In this document: one piece after another, positions 38,951 through 52,791 of the stretch
Layout of the letters: every line of letters starts with the position of its first letter
Numbering within the stretch: position 1 is the first letter of the stretch
Assembly: GCA_050613775.1 (NCBI GenBank)
Contig: JBODTK010000012.1
Coordinates: 682,001-746,000, forward strand
Source: Neocallimastix sp. 'constans'
Taxonomy: Eukaryota
Reading direction: 5' to 3'
Length of the DNA: 64,000 nt
Position numbers and translations under genes: made by a program
The notes under the pieces: generated by a model
What the model was told of the DNA's origin: nothing
Database searches by the model: none
Seen by the model: only the letters and a program-made list of their open reading frames with translations

Positions 38951-39889
38951 TTTTTGACTAAGAATAAATATAATAATAAATTAAAAATAATTTAATGTTA
39001 CATAAAAATAAAATTTTTTTTTCTTTTTTTATTGCTAAATAATTTTATGTAATATTAATAATATATATTAATTTTTATTTTTTTTTTTATATATTTATCC
39101 TAATATTTTATATTTATCTTAATATTGGAAAATATTAAATATATCAATAAAATTATGTAGTACTAATGTTAAATATTATTAAAAATAGAAATAAATATAT
39201 TATATGTATTTTTATTTTTTATATATTTCACAAAAAATTATTTATATCTAATATATGTAATTATATTTTTTACTAATTATAGCTTTTAATAAAACAATAT
39301 GGTAATCAAATAACCTTCAATATTTAATAAATTATTTCATAAATATTAAATATAATTTATTTATAGAAAAATAATATTAATAATGAAATAATATCAATAA
39401 TCATAATCATCATCATTGTAATTTTTATCATTCATCTATTTTTAAAATAAAAATAAATATTTATTACATTTACATATATTATGTATAAATATTTAATTAA
39501 ATTCAATTAGTGTCATTCCATATAAAAATGTTTCATCTATTTATATTTATATTTAAACCTATAAATATAATTACCCATAAAAATAAAAAAAAAAATTGAA
39601 TAATTAAAAAGAAGTTCCTTTTATTATAAATAATTTAAGTTATTATTATATTAAATATTTATTATTTTATTTAATTCATTATAAAAATTTTAAACAATTA
39701 ATGTTTAAAGTAATCATTTTTTTTATGAAATGGTTAAATTTTTATGTATTCAAAAAAAAAAAAAAAAAAAAAAAATTATATATATAATTATTAATAATAT
39801 GTATATAATATCATATTTTTAAAACTATAATCAATAACCATACAGAAGAAATTTTAATTTTATACTGTATTATTTATCATTAGTTAAAT

Positions 39890-40570
39890 AAAAAATATAT
39901 ATATATATATATATTTTTTAAATAAAATAATAAATGTTTAATGTTTATATATATATATTTTTAAATAAAATAATAAATGTTTAATGTTTATATATATATA
40001 TTTTTTTTAAATAAAATACTAAATGTTTAAACAATTAATGTTTATATATATATTTTTAAATATATATGAAAAATAATTTATATTTTAATGTTTAAAATAT
40101 CTTTAATATGGGAAATAATAATAATTTTAAAAATAGTTTATATTTTAATGTTTAAAATATCTTTAATATGGGAAATAATAATAATTTTAAAAAAAGATAA
40201 TATGGATTTTATAATAAAATAATAAATGTCTAAACAATTAATGTTTATATATATATATATATATTTTTAAATATATATGAAAAATAGTTTATATTTTTAT
40301 GTTTAAAATATCTTTAATATGGATATTAATAATAATTTTAAAAAAAAAGAATTATATTTTTATGTTTAAAATATCTTTAATATGGGTAATAATAATAATT
40401 TTAAAAAAAGGATAATATGGATATTAATAATAATTTTAAAAAAAAAGAATAATAATAAATGTTAAGTTTATTATTAATGACTTAATTAAAATAATAAATG
40501 TTTAAACAATTAATATTTATATATATTTATTGAATATTAAAAAATAGTTTATATGTATATTAATAGCAAT
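39890..40570. repeat. Degenerate AT-rich tandem repeats
   Basis: Recurring ATGTTTAAAATATCTTTAATATGGG and AATGTTTATATATAT blocks. Confidence 0.7.
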
Positions 40571-41072
40571 TTTAAAAAAAGGATAATTAAATAAAATTTA
40601 TGAAAAAAAAAAAAAATTAAGCATTACACAAAAAAAGTTATTTTTATTTATTTATTAATATAATGTACCAATTGGTATGAATGTTTATATCAATTTATAT
40701 TAATAAAGTTATTATTAGAAATAACTAATTTGTATTATTACTTTTTAATATATATAATTATTGTTAAGAAAAATATTAATAATTTCATTATTAAATAATA
40801 GCAAAAATAATTTTATAAATATTAAAATATAATAAACTAAACTAAAAATATATATATAAGAAAAAAAGTATAAATATAAAAGAAGTAATACGAAAAAATA
40901 TTTCAAAAAGTTTTGATTTTATATATAAAATCTGAAATTTTGTTTTCTAATAATATATAGTAAATTACGTTTAAAACAGAATAATATTAAAAAAAATCAG
41001 AATAATAATAAAAAAAATTATAATTGAAAATAAATAATTAAAGCTTACATAAATAAAAAAAAATATATGAAA

Positions 41073-42336
41073 ATGTTTCCAAAAATAAACAAAAAATTTT
41101 TAATTCTTAGCGCATTATTAGCTAGTTCAGCAACTGCCGAAAAAGCTAAAATATATAGTCACTGTTTAAAACCAGGACAATTTGTTTTAACATGTAAGCA
41201 GTGAAAATTATAAAAAGTGATTAAACAAAAATCTTATTTATTAAAAATAATATAAATATTTATTAAATAATTTTTATTTATACATATATATAATATATAA
41301 AATATAAAATTCAATATTAATAAAATTGAATCCGTAAATAGTTGATGATGGTCCAAATCCAGAAACTACCCCAATTGCTTTAGAAGTATTGAATAAATAT
41401 AATATAAAGGGTACTTTCTTTATTAATGCTCATAATTGGAGTGATCTTGATAATGATCCCAATGCCGTCGAAATAGTTAGAAAAACCTATGCTGCAGGTC
41501 ATGATATTGGTTCTCATACCTATAATCATAAAGATTTATTCTCTGCAATTGAGGATGACACCATGAAAGAAAATGTTGACGATATGACTGATAAAATTGA
41601 AAGTATTATTGGTATGAAACCAGCTTACTTTAGACCACCGAGTGGTAATGGAGCATACGTAGAAAGTGATCCGTATAAAAAAGAAATGTCTGATAAGATT
41701 CAAGAATATTTAGGAGAACGTGGATATAGTATCATTATGTGGGGTACAGATACTAGAGATTGGCAATATAAGGAAGATGTTGATAAAGTAATTGAAACTT
41801 TAAATGAACAACTAAAGGCTCCAAATGTTTCACCAAAAACTCACAGTTTTATTACATTACTTCATGATGTTCATGCTACCACAGTTAATCTTGTTCTACC
41901 AGCTGTGATTGAATATGTACAAAATCTTGGATATAATTTTGTTTCACTTTCAGAATGTATTGGTGTCTCTCCATACCAAGGTGTTGATGATACTAATAAC
42001 AGTAGTAGTAAATTAATTAGTAATGATGATGATATGAATAGTTCGAACACAAGCTCAAATTCAAGTTCCAGTAGTTCTGGTAATAATAATAGTTCTAGTA
42101 ATAATAGTTCTGGAAGTTCTTCTAGTTCCGTTAGTAATGGAACTAATGGTGAAAGTGGTGAAAATACAAATAATGTTATAGCTAACAATACCACTATTCC
42201 AAACGATAGTATTACTAATGGAAATGTTACTACTATTAATGGTGTTATTAATAACATTAGTTCTTCAGATGCTACCACTCTTCAATATAGTATATTCTTT
42301 AGTATTGTAGTTGTTATCATGTCATACTTTCTCTAA
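41073..42336 (+). CDS. CE4 chitin/polysaccharide deacetylase 2, secreted, probable GPI anchor; exons 41073-41193 and 41342-42336 (~371 aa; alternative ATG at 41067)
   Basis: Same phase-1 intron inside the TFDDGP motif as paralog 1; all CE4 motifs present; longer Ser/Asn-rich stalk. Confidence 0.92.
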
Positions 42337-42439
42337 TTAAATTACATTATATTCATAAGTGTTTATTGCTTTTATCATGTCATGCATTCTCAAATTTAAA
42401 TTTTTAGAATTAAATAAGTATTTTTATTAAAAATTATTA

Positions 42440-43670
42440 AAAAAATGAAGTAGTTTATATATAAATGAAAGAAAAATAATCAATATATTAACAAAAATTT
42501 AAATAATCTATTTTATATAGAAACTTAAAAGAGTATTATTATTGTCAATAATATATATAATAACTTTTACCCTTTTTAATTATTGAAATTAAAAAATTAT
42601 ACCTATAAATATATATTATATGAAATAATAATTATTAATAATTTATATATTAAGAAATGTTAATTAATAATAGAAAAAAAATATATATATATAAAATATA
42701 TTTTTTATTTTATTAAATGAAAGAAAAATAATCAATATATAAACAAAATTTAAAGAAACAATTTTATATAGAAAGGAACTTAAAAGAGTATTATTACTAT
42801 CAATAAATTATTATATATATTTATAAAAATTTTTACCCTTTCTAATTATTGAAGTTAAAAAATTATACCTATAAATATATATTATATGAAATAATAATTA
42901 TTAATAATTAATATATTAAAAAATAGTAATTATTATAAATTATTATTTTAATTTTAAATAATTATCCTCACATTTAAAATAAAAATTATTAAAAAAAAAT
43001 AATTTATATATATATATAATTAAAGTAACTTAATAAATTTTATCAATTAAATAATAAAAAAAATGAAGTAGTATATATATAAATGAAAGAAAAATAATCA
43101 ATATATAAACAAAAATTTAAATAATTTATTTTATATAGAAACTTAAAAGAGTATTATTATTGTCAATAATATATATAATAACTTTTACCCTTTTTAATTA
43201 TTGAAATTAAAAAATTATACCTATATTATATGAAATAATAATTATTAATAATTTATATATTAAGAAATGTTAATTAATAATAGAAAAAAATATATATATA
43301 TATAAAATATATTTTTTATTTTATTAAATGAAAGAAAAATAATCAATATATAAACAAAATTTAAAGAAACAATTTTATATAGAAAGGAACTTAAAAGAGT
43401 ATTATTACTATCAATAAATTATTATATATATTAATAAAAATTTTTACCCTTTCTAATTATTGAAGTTAAAAAATTATACCTATAAATATATATTATATGA
43501 AATAATAATTATTAATAATTAATATATTAAAAAATAGTAATTATTATAAATTATTATTTTAATTTTAAATAATTATCCTCACATTTAAAATAAAAATTAT
43601 TAAAAAAAAAATAATTTATATATATATATATATAATTAAAGTAACTTAATAATTTTTATCAAATAATAAA
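42440..43670. repeat. ~615-bp direct duplication, each copy made of two related subunits
   Basis: AAATGAAAGAAAAATAATCAATATAT at ~42463, 42715, 43081 and 43325. Confidence 0.85.
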
Positions 43671-45812
43671 AAATAAATAAATTTTATCAATTAAATAATA
43701 AAAAATAAACAATATAAAAAAATATTATTATCAGTAATAAAGATAATAATATATAAAAATAATTAGAAAAATAACAAATAAAAAATAATAAAAAATAAAC
43801 AATATAAAAAAATATTATTATCAGTAATAAAGATAATAATATATAAAAATAATTAGAAAATAACAAATAAAAAAAAAAAAAAAAGATAGAAAAAAAATTT
43901 AGATTTTCATATATGTTATTTATTAATTTATTAATATTTCTTTTTATCTTCGAATTTTTTTATTTTTTTTATTGTTTTGAAAAATATATATGTTATTATT
44001 AAATATTTTTATGTTTAAATGATTTTAGATTCATATATATTTTACTTATTAAATATTTTATGTTTAAATGATTTTAGATTCATATATATTTTACTTCATT
44101 AATTTATTAAGATTTTATTTTATTTTACTTCATTATTTTTAATTTTTCTTTTACTTCATTATTTTTTAATTTTTCTTTTATTGTTTTGAAAAATTTATAT
44201 ATATGTTATTATTTTTCTTTTATTGTTTTGAAAATTTTATATATATGTTATTATTAAGTATGAAATATTTAAATGTTACTGGATTCATATAAATTTTATT
44301 TATTAATTTATAAATATTTTATTTAATTTTATTTTCTACATCTCGATAAAATACTATAAAAGACATTATTGTTTACATTCCATGCTTTATTTTAATCTCT
44401 AAATAAAATTTCACATTCCTAATAACACGGGAAGCATAATTATTCTAACTAGAAGACAACTTTATCTCTGTATTTAGGGATGTTTGAATGATTAGTATAT
44501 CAATCATTTATGTATTGATTTCAATTATTATAATACTATTTAATAAATGAACCTTTATCCATATACAAATATATTACTACACATATTTGTTTTATATCAA
44601 TATAGTGTTTTTAGTATATATTTGGTATAAAATGCCTATGGTTTTAAATATTCAAAAAACAGAAAATATTGAATGAAACAAATGAACGGTTAAATGAGAC
44701 GAAGCGAAAGAAGAGATACATTAAAATAATATATGTATATTTAATCATCTTAGATTTTTCAATGTTATAAAATTTTCTAAATTATTATTTTAATTAATAC
44801 TATTCATTTTCCTTTTTTTTCTTATTTTTTTTTTTGAATATCATTAAAAAATTAAAACAAAAATAAGAAATAAAATTTCTAAAAATATTAAATATCTAAA
44901 ATAATAAAATTATTTCTTTTAAAGTTTGTATGATAAATAATGTAATAATTTAAGAGTATTTAATAAATTATTGTAATGTATCATCATGACATATTAAATA
45001 TAACTTTTTTAAATTTTTTATAATAGAATTCTATTTGATTTCAATTTAAGAATTTAATATGATTTTAATTTCAAATATAATTATATAAATTTATTATTTT
45101 ATTGTAATTACATAATAATTTTAATCAAAAATTTCTCAATTACTATAAATTTATTTTTACTTATAAGGAAAGTGGGTCTAGTTTGTTTAATTAATTTTAA
45201 TATATTTTATTAATAATAATATACTAAACCCACTTTCCTTATAAATAATTAAAAAATATAAATTCGAAACACGTTTAACTTCCATATTTCGATTTTTAAA
45301 TTAATTCCTATGCATAATAAATAAAATCTAATATTAAATAATTTATTAATTAACAGATCCAAAATATATAAATTTTAAATTTATAATAAAAAAATATTGT
45401 TTGTAAAGTTTATTTCATATTTTTAAAATATTATTAACAAAACAATTTAAATTATAAATAAGTAATTAAATAAAATTCAATTATTAATATAAATATTCTA
45501 TTAAAACAATATGTCATATATTATATATTAATTATCTAATTTAAAAATAATAACATATAACAGATATAATAATAGAAGTTATACAATTTAAATATATCTT
45601 TATATTATTTAAAAATTTAAAAATTTAAAAAAATAATCAACATAATATCTTTAGAATCATTTAATAATATTATTTAAATTGAATAATAACCCAAAATAAT
45701 TTAAATTTATTTAATTTAAATTTCAATATCAAATTTAAAGAATATAATATTCTTTTTTTAAACTGATAATATAATATTTTTTTAGTATAAAAAAAGGAAT
45801 AAATTATTTCAG

Positions 45813-45895
<83 letters not shown>

Positions 45896-47563
45896 GATTT
45901 ATTTTAATATATTATGTATTACTGAAAAATAAATTTATAAAATTTTTTTTGTTATAATATATTTAAATGAATATTTTTAAAATTTTGTTGTTGTTTGTAT
46001 TTTAATATTTATTTTATTCAGAATAAAGTATCAAATATTTAATATAAAAAAGTTATATTAAAATAATAAAATAACTATTAATTATTTTTATTAACCAACA
46101 ATTATTATTTAATAATTATTAATATATAATTGTAAATTAAAATATTTATTTGACTATTTATTAAATGTTTATTTCTAAGTATTATACTATTAAAAATTTA
46201 TTATATTAATTTATATTTATAATAATTACATTTTTTAAGGAAAATTAAATATTTAAATATAATAAAATATTTAATATATTGTTTTAAAATAATAAATAAA
46301 TATGACAATATAATAAATATAATTATAAAAAAAAATAATAATAAAATATAAAAATAATATTAAGATATATAAAAATAATAAATTATATAAAATTATATAT
46401 ATTTATATTATTTATAATAAATTTTCAATTTAATATTAAGAGGTGTTCAGCTTTTTTTTTTTTTTTACTGTATTTTATGAAAATTTATTTATTATTAAAA
46501 TTAAAATATAAAATTAAGTAAAAATATAATTTTTAAAATACTTTTGATCTTTTTTATTTTTAATTTTGTTATAAACTAAATCATTATCTTTTTTTTTTTT
46601 AATAATTTATAAAAATTTTTATTTTTTATTAAGATTATGAAATGTAAATAAATGAAAAAAGTTTATCAATATTTATATTATATTTTATATTTTTATATTA
46701 AAAAATTTTTTTTAAATATTATTTTGTTTTTTCATTTTCTGTTAAATATCATTCATATTTCAATTTCTGTTAAAAATTTTCCTTAAAATATACATAAGTG
46801 AAATTCCATTATTATATTATAAAAAATAGAAATATAATAAATCATTTAATTATATTATCAAAACTAATATAAAAATTAAATTTTTTAATTATTCCTTTAT
46901 TAAAGTTTAATTTAAATTACTACTAAAATGAATAATTTACTTAATACTATTTAATTTTTTCTCCAAATTTTAATAATTAATAAATATATTAATATTCAAG
47001 ATTTTTTCCATTTGCCTGATTAAAAATTTTTAATTTACTGAGAGTAAACTTAATATAAACTACTATGACGTCCAATAATCTGTTTTATTAATTATTTTAT
47101 TTTAATAAATAAAATTATTTAAATAAAGTTTTAATTTTTAAAATAAATTATAAAATAATTATTTTAATAAAATTTATTTATTAATAAATAATAATATTAA
47201 TAAAATAAATTTATCCCATTTTATTTATAATTTTTTTATATAAAAGAACATTTTTTTTCCTATCTTTTTGAAGCTTCATTAATTATCATAATTAATAACA
47301 TAAATATTATTATATTTTATATTTAATAAATACTTTAATACATCATCTATATTTAGGTAAATTTAATTCTTATAACTTATTTTTTATAAACTTAAATATT
47401 AAAATTAAATTTAAAATATATTAATAATAATAATTAATAATTATTCCTTATTAATAAATAATATTTTATATAGGTGAAAGTAACTGTCACTTTATTAATA
47501 GTGATATTTAAATAGAGAGATTTATAAAATTTTTTTAACTTCTAATATAAAAATAAAAATAAA

Positions 47564-49198
47564 ATGTTCAAGAATATTTTAAAGTGTTTTGCTTTATTCA
47601 CTGTTTATAATGTTGTAGCTGATGCTAAGGTCTCTCTCGACTATACAAATGATGGTGTTTTAAGAAAAGATGGTGAATGTAATATCAATTTCATTAATTT
47701 CGGTATTAATAATGATATTATTGATCTCAAAATTAAAAAGGAAAATAATTCAAATGGAACTTTCAATTTATTAATTAGTGATTTAAAGAATGCTAATGCT
47801 TATCTTAATAATAAGAGCACTGGTTACACTTTCAATGATAATGAAATTAAGAACTATGTTAAGGTCAGTCAAAATGGTAATGCTATTAAGGATATCGAAG
47901 CTACCGCTGCTCCACATGGTCGTTTCTCACTTTTAATTAAAAATTTAAAAAGTTGTGAAGGTCTTTCCATTAAAGAAACCTTTAAAACTGATGTTTTAAT
48001 TAATAGTTATTTATATTATTCTAATGTTAAACCAAATGGTATTAATCATGCCTATGATATTGTTGAATTTGGTCCATCTTCTAATAATGTTCCATATGAT
48101 ACTCTTAAATGGAATATGAATACTGGTTTAGACAGTGCCAGAGAAAAGTGTGGAATTTATATTGATTATCATGAATTTGATTATACTGGTGGAGCCCACT
48201 GGAAATGGTATCTTTCTACAGATAATATCAATAATAAGAAATGTGATAATCCTGCATTCTATGCAGCTGTTAAAGATTCTTATGCTAATTATGAAGTGAT
48301 GGAAGAACTCTTTGGAGATCATTACAATGGTTATGTCATTAAGAGAGAAGGATCAGGAATTGGACATATGGATGGTATTCTTGTTGATCAAAAATATTTA
48401 ATTGAAATTTATCAAAATGGATGTGATGAACAAAACAAAGATCAAGTTATTTGTACTATTTCATCAAACAAGAAACTTACATATAAGGAATTCACTCAAG
48501 AATTTGTTAAAAATTGTCCAAGTATTATTGAAGATCCAAAAGAAGAAGTTAAATGGTCAGTTGATGAAAATGGAATTACTGCTAAATATGATAGTTATTC
48601 ATTTAATATTACTAATTACAATCGTGGAGCATTACCAAAGAATGAAAATGAATCAGTAAGTTACAAAGAATTCAAAGCAGCCAATTCTAGTGGTATTGCT
48701 CGTTTCAATGTTTGTACTAAATGTGGAGATGGAACATACATTGGAGAAAAATGTAAATGTGTTTCCTGTCCAGAAAATTGTACTAAATGTCTTGATGGTA
48801 AAACATGTACTGAATGTGCTACTGGAAGTGAATTAATTGATGGTTCCTGTAAGAAGATTATTACTACTACAACTACTATCACTACCACTACTACTATTAC
48901 TAAGGTTCCAACTACTACTGTTGTTGAAGAAACTGAAACAGTTGATAATGTTACTGAAAAAGAAGAACCAACTGAAAGTGAAATTATTGATGATGAAGAA
49001 GAAACTAGTGATGCTAATGATTCAGATATAGAAGAAGAAGAAGTTACTGATGAACCAACAGAAGTTAAAGAAGATGAAGATGATGATGATGATATAGAAG
49101 AAGCTACAGAAACTGAAAACAAATCAAAACCAATAACTAAGTTTGTTATTGTTAAAAAACCAAAAACAATTAAAAAATGTTTAATTAAGAAAAATTAA
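47564..49198 (+). CDS. Secreted protein, tandem copy 1: signal peptide, unknown domain, furin-like Cys-rich repeat, Thr linker, acidic tract, basic tail
   Basis: 544-aa ORF; CTKCGDGTY..CVSCPENCTKC..CTECATG..C; 5'-UTR intron predicted at 47357-47473. Confidence 0.9.
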   Translation: MFKNILKCFALFTVYNVVADAKVSLDYTNDGVLRKDGECNINFINFGINNDIIDLKIKKENNSNGTFNLLISDLKNANAYLNNKSTGYTFNDNEIKNYVKVSQNGNAIKDIEATAAPHGRFSLLIKNLKSCEGLSIKETFKTDVLINSYLYYSNVKPNGINHAYDIVEFGPSSNNVPYDTLKWNMNTGLDSAREKCGIYIDYHEFDYTGGAHWKWYLSTDNINNKKCDNPAFYAAVKDSYANYEVMEELFGDHYNGYVIKREGSGIGHMDGILVDQKYLIEIYQNGCDEQNKDQVICTISSNKKLTYKEFTQEFVKNCPSIIEDPKEEVKWSVDENGITAKYDSYSFNITNYNRGALPKNENESVSYKEFKAANSSGIARFNVCTKCGDGTYIGEKCKCVSCPENCTKCLDGKTCTECATGSELIDGSCKKIITTTTTITTTTTITKVPTTTVVEETETVDNVTEKEEPTESEIIDDEEETSDANDSDIEEEEVTDEPTEVKEDEDDDDDIEEATETENKSKPITKFVIVKKPKTIKKCLIKKN

Positions 49199-52100
49199 AT
49201 TTATAATAAAGAAAAACTGAACTATTAAAAAGTATATAGTTTTAATGTTAAATATATACTACTCTAAAAATATAGATTTCAAAATCGATTAAAAAAAATT
49301 GTAAATAAGAATATAATAATATAATTAAAATTTTATATTAATATAATATATAATAAATGTATTTTTTTTATTAAAAATGATTCTTTTTAAAAAATTATTT
49401 AAAAATATAATAATATAAATATATATATATATGTATATATATTAAAATATATAGAGGATTAATTATTAAAAAAATAAAAATATATATTAATATTATATTA
49501 TTTTTTTACATAATTAATCAATATAATTATTTTTTTAAAAAAAAAATATAAAAAAAAGAATATGAAAAAATAAATATTAAAATATTTATAATAATAAATC
49601 AATAAAAAAATAAATAAATGATATATAATAAAAAATATTTAATTTTTTTTTTAGACATTATTGTTTTTTCTTTTTTATATATAAAAAATGACTAAAATAA
49701 AATAATATTTAAATATAATAATTTTATTGGAATATAAAGAGGATTAATTATTAATAAATATATATTTTTATATATAGGTGTGTGTGTGTTTGAGATTTTA
49801 TATTTTTTAACATAATTATTATTAATGTATAAACAATATTTATGAAATATTGATAATTATATTTTAATTATATATTAAGATATTTAATCTAATGATGTAT
49901 AGTTTAAAAATTACTTAAATAAAATTTATAAATAACTAATTATTATAAAGAAACAAGAAAAAAATCAAAATAAAAAAAAAATAAAATAAGTTTTTTTATT
50001 TATTATAATGTTACATAATATATTTATAAAACATATTTATATCTTATAGTTAATAATTTAAATATATAAATAAGAATTATAAAAAATTAGATTACATTTT
50101 AAAACATAATTATGTTTTTTTGATATAATTATGAAGTAATAAATAATAAATAATTATATTTATTTACTTAATTTCTTTAATTTATATTTATATGCTTTAA
50201 TTATTAATTGCAAGATAGAAGTTAAATAAAGAGATACTTTAAAATAGTATAAATTTAATCATCTTAGATTTTTCTATGTTATAAATAATAGAAAATTTTC
50301 AAAATTATTATTTTAATTGATATTATTCGTTTTCCTTTTTTTTCTTTTTTTTTTTTTTTTTTTGAATATCATTAAAAAATTAAAACAAAAATAAGAAACA
50401 AAAACTTAATATTATAGAACCGATTAAAATCAATAATTTCCCCTTAAAATAAAATTCTTTTTATTTCATAAAAATTACTAAATATCTAAAATTAAAATTA
50501 TAAAATTATTTCTTTTAAAGTTTGTATGATAAATAAAGTAATTATCTAAGAGTATTTAATAAATGACTATAATGTATCATCATGAAATATTAAATATAAC
50601 TTTTTTAAATTTTTTATAATAGAATTCTATTTGATTTCAATTTAAGAATTTAATATGATTTTAATTTCAAATATTATTATATAAATTTATTATTTTATTG
50701 TAATTACATAATAATTTTAATCAAAAATATATATATATTTATAAAATTTTTTTAGTTGCTATGTATTTGTTTTTACTAATTAGGAAAGTAGGGTTAGTAT
50801 ATTATAATTAAGAAAGTATATTAAGATTAATTATTAAATAAAAAAATGTTTGATAAATATTTTTATAAAATTTCTCAATTACTATAAATTTATTTTTACT
50901 TATAAGGAAAGTGGGTTTAGTTTGTTTAATTAATTTTAATATATTTTATTAATAATAATATACTAAACCCACTTTCCTTATAAATAATTAAAAAATATAA
51001 ATTCGAAACACGTTTAACTTCCATATTTCGATTTTTAAATTAATTCGTATGCATAATAAATAAAATCTAATATTAAATAAATTATTAATAAACAGATCCA
51101 AAATATATAAATTTTAAATTAATAATAAAAAAATATTGTTTGTGAAGTTTATTTCATATTTTTAAAATATTATTAATAAAACAATTTTAATATTTATTTT
51201 ATCAAGAATGAAGTATCAAATATTTAATAAAAAAAAATTTTATTAAAATAATAAAATTATTATTAATTATTTTTATAAACCAGCAATTATTATTTAATAT
51301 CAAATTATTAATATATAATTGTAAATTAAAATATTTATTTGATTAGCCATTAAATATTTATTTCTAATATTATATACTATTAAAAATTAATTATATTATT
51401 TTATATTTTTAATAAATTACAATTTTTTAAGGAAAATTAAATATTTATCAATATAATGATTATAATTATAAAATAATAATAATAATAATATATAAAAATA
51501 ATATTTAGATATATAATAATAATAATAAAACATATAAAACTATATATTATAATATTAAAAATAAATATTCAATTAAATATTAAAAAGTGTTTAGTTTTTT
51601 TTTTTTAACCGTATTTTATGAAAATTTATTTATTATTAAAATTAAAATATAAAATTAAGTAAATGTATTATTTTTAAAATACTTTTGATCCTTCTTATTT
51701 TTGATTTTGTTATAAACTAAATCATTATTATCTTTTTTTTTTTTTTAATAATTTATAAAAATTTTTATTTTTTATTAAGATTATGAATTGTAAATAAAAG
51801 AAAAAAGTATTTCAATATTTTTATTATATTTTATGTTTTTATATTAAAATTTTTTTTAAATATTATTTTGTATTTTCATTTTCTGTTAAATATCATTCAT
51901 TGTTAAAAATTTTCTTTAAAATATACATAATATTAATGAAATTCCATTTTTATATTATAAAAAATAGAAATATAATAAAATAATATCAAAAATAATATAA
52001 AAATTTAATTTTTTAATTTATTAGTTTAATTTAAATTACTACTAAAATGTGTTAGAAATAAAGTTTAATATTTTTAAATAATAAAGTAAAATTAAATAAA

Positions 52101-52791
52101 TAATTTAAATTTAAATATATTTAATATTAGTTTTTTATTTAATTAATATTAGTATATTAATAATAATGTATTTATTCTTTTCTCCAAATTTTAATAATAC
52201 ACTAATATATTAATATTCAAGATTTTTTCCAATTCGCTGATTTAAAAGTTTTAATTTACTAACAACTAAACTTAATATAAAGTACTATGACTGGCCAATA
52301 ATTTGTTTTATTAATTATTTTATTTTAATAAATAAAATATTTTAAATAAAGTTATAAATTTTAAATTAAATATTAAAATAATTATTTTAATAAAATAATA
52401 TTTTTTAAAATAAATAATAATATTATTAAAATAACTTAAAATAATTTATCCCATTTTTATTTTTTATTTTTATATAAAAGAACATTTTTTTCTTAACTTT
52501 TTGAAGTTTCATTAATTATCATAATTAATAACATAAATATTATTATATTTTATATTTAATAAATACTTTAATACATCATCTATATTTAGGTAAATTTAAT
52601 AATCTTATTTTTAATTTACATAAATTTTATGATTAAATTTAAAATATATTAATAATAATTACTAATAATTATTCCTGTTTAATAAATAATATTTTATATA
52701 GGTGAAAGTAACTGTCACTTTATTAATAGTGATATTTAAATAGAGAGATTTATAAAATTTTTTTAGCTTCGAATATAAAAATTAATATAAA

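Noticed and set aside
48700..48850. Fungal dockerin (CBM10) or scaffoldin call for the Cys-rich segment
   Set aside because: Lacks the dockerin YPCC/WGVENxxWC pattern; CxxC spacing is furin-like.
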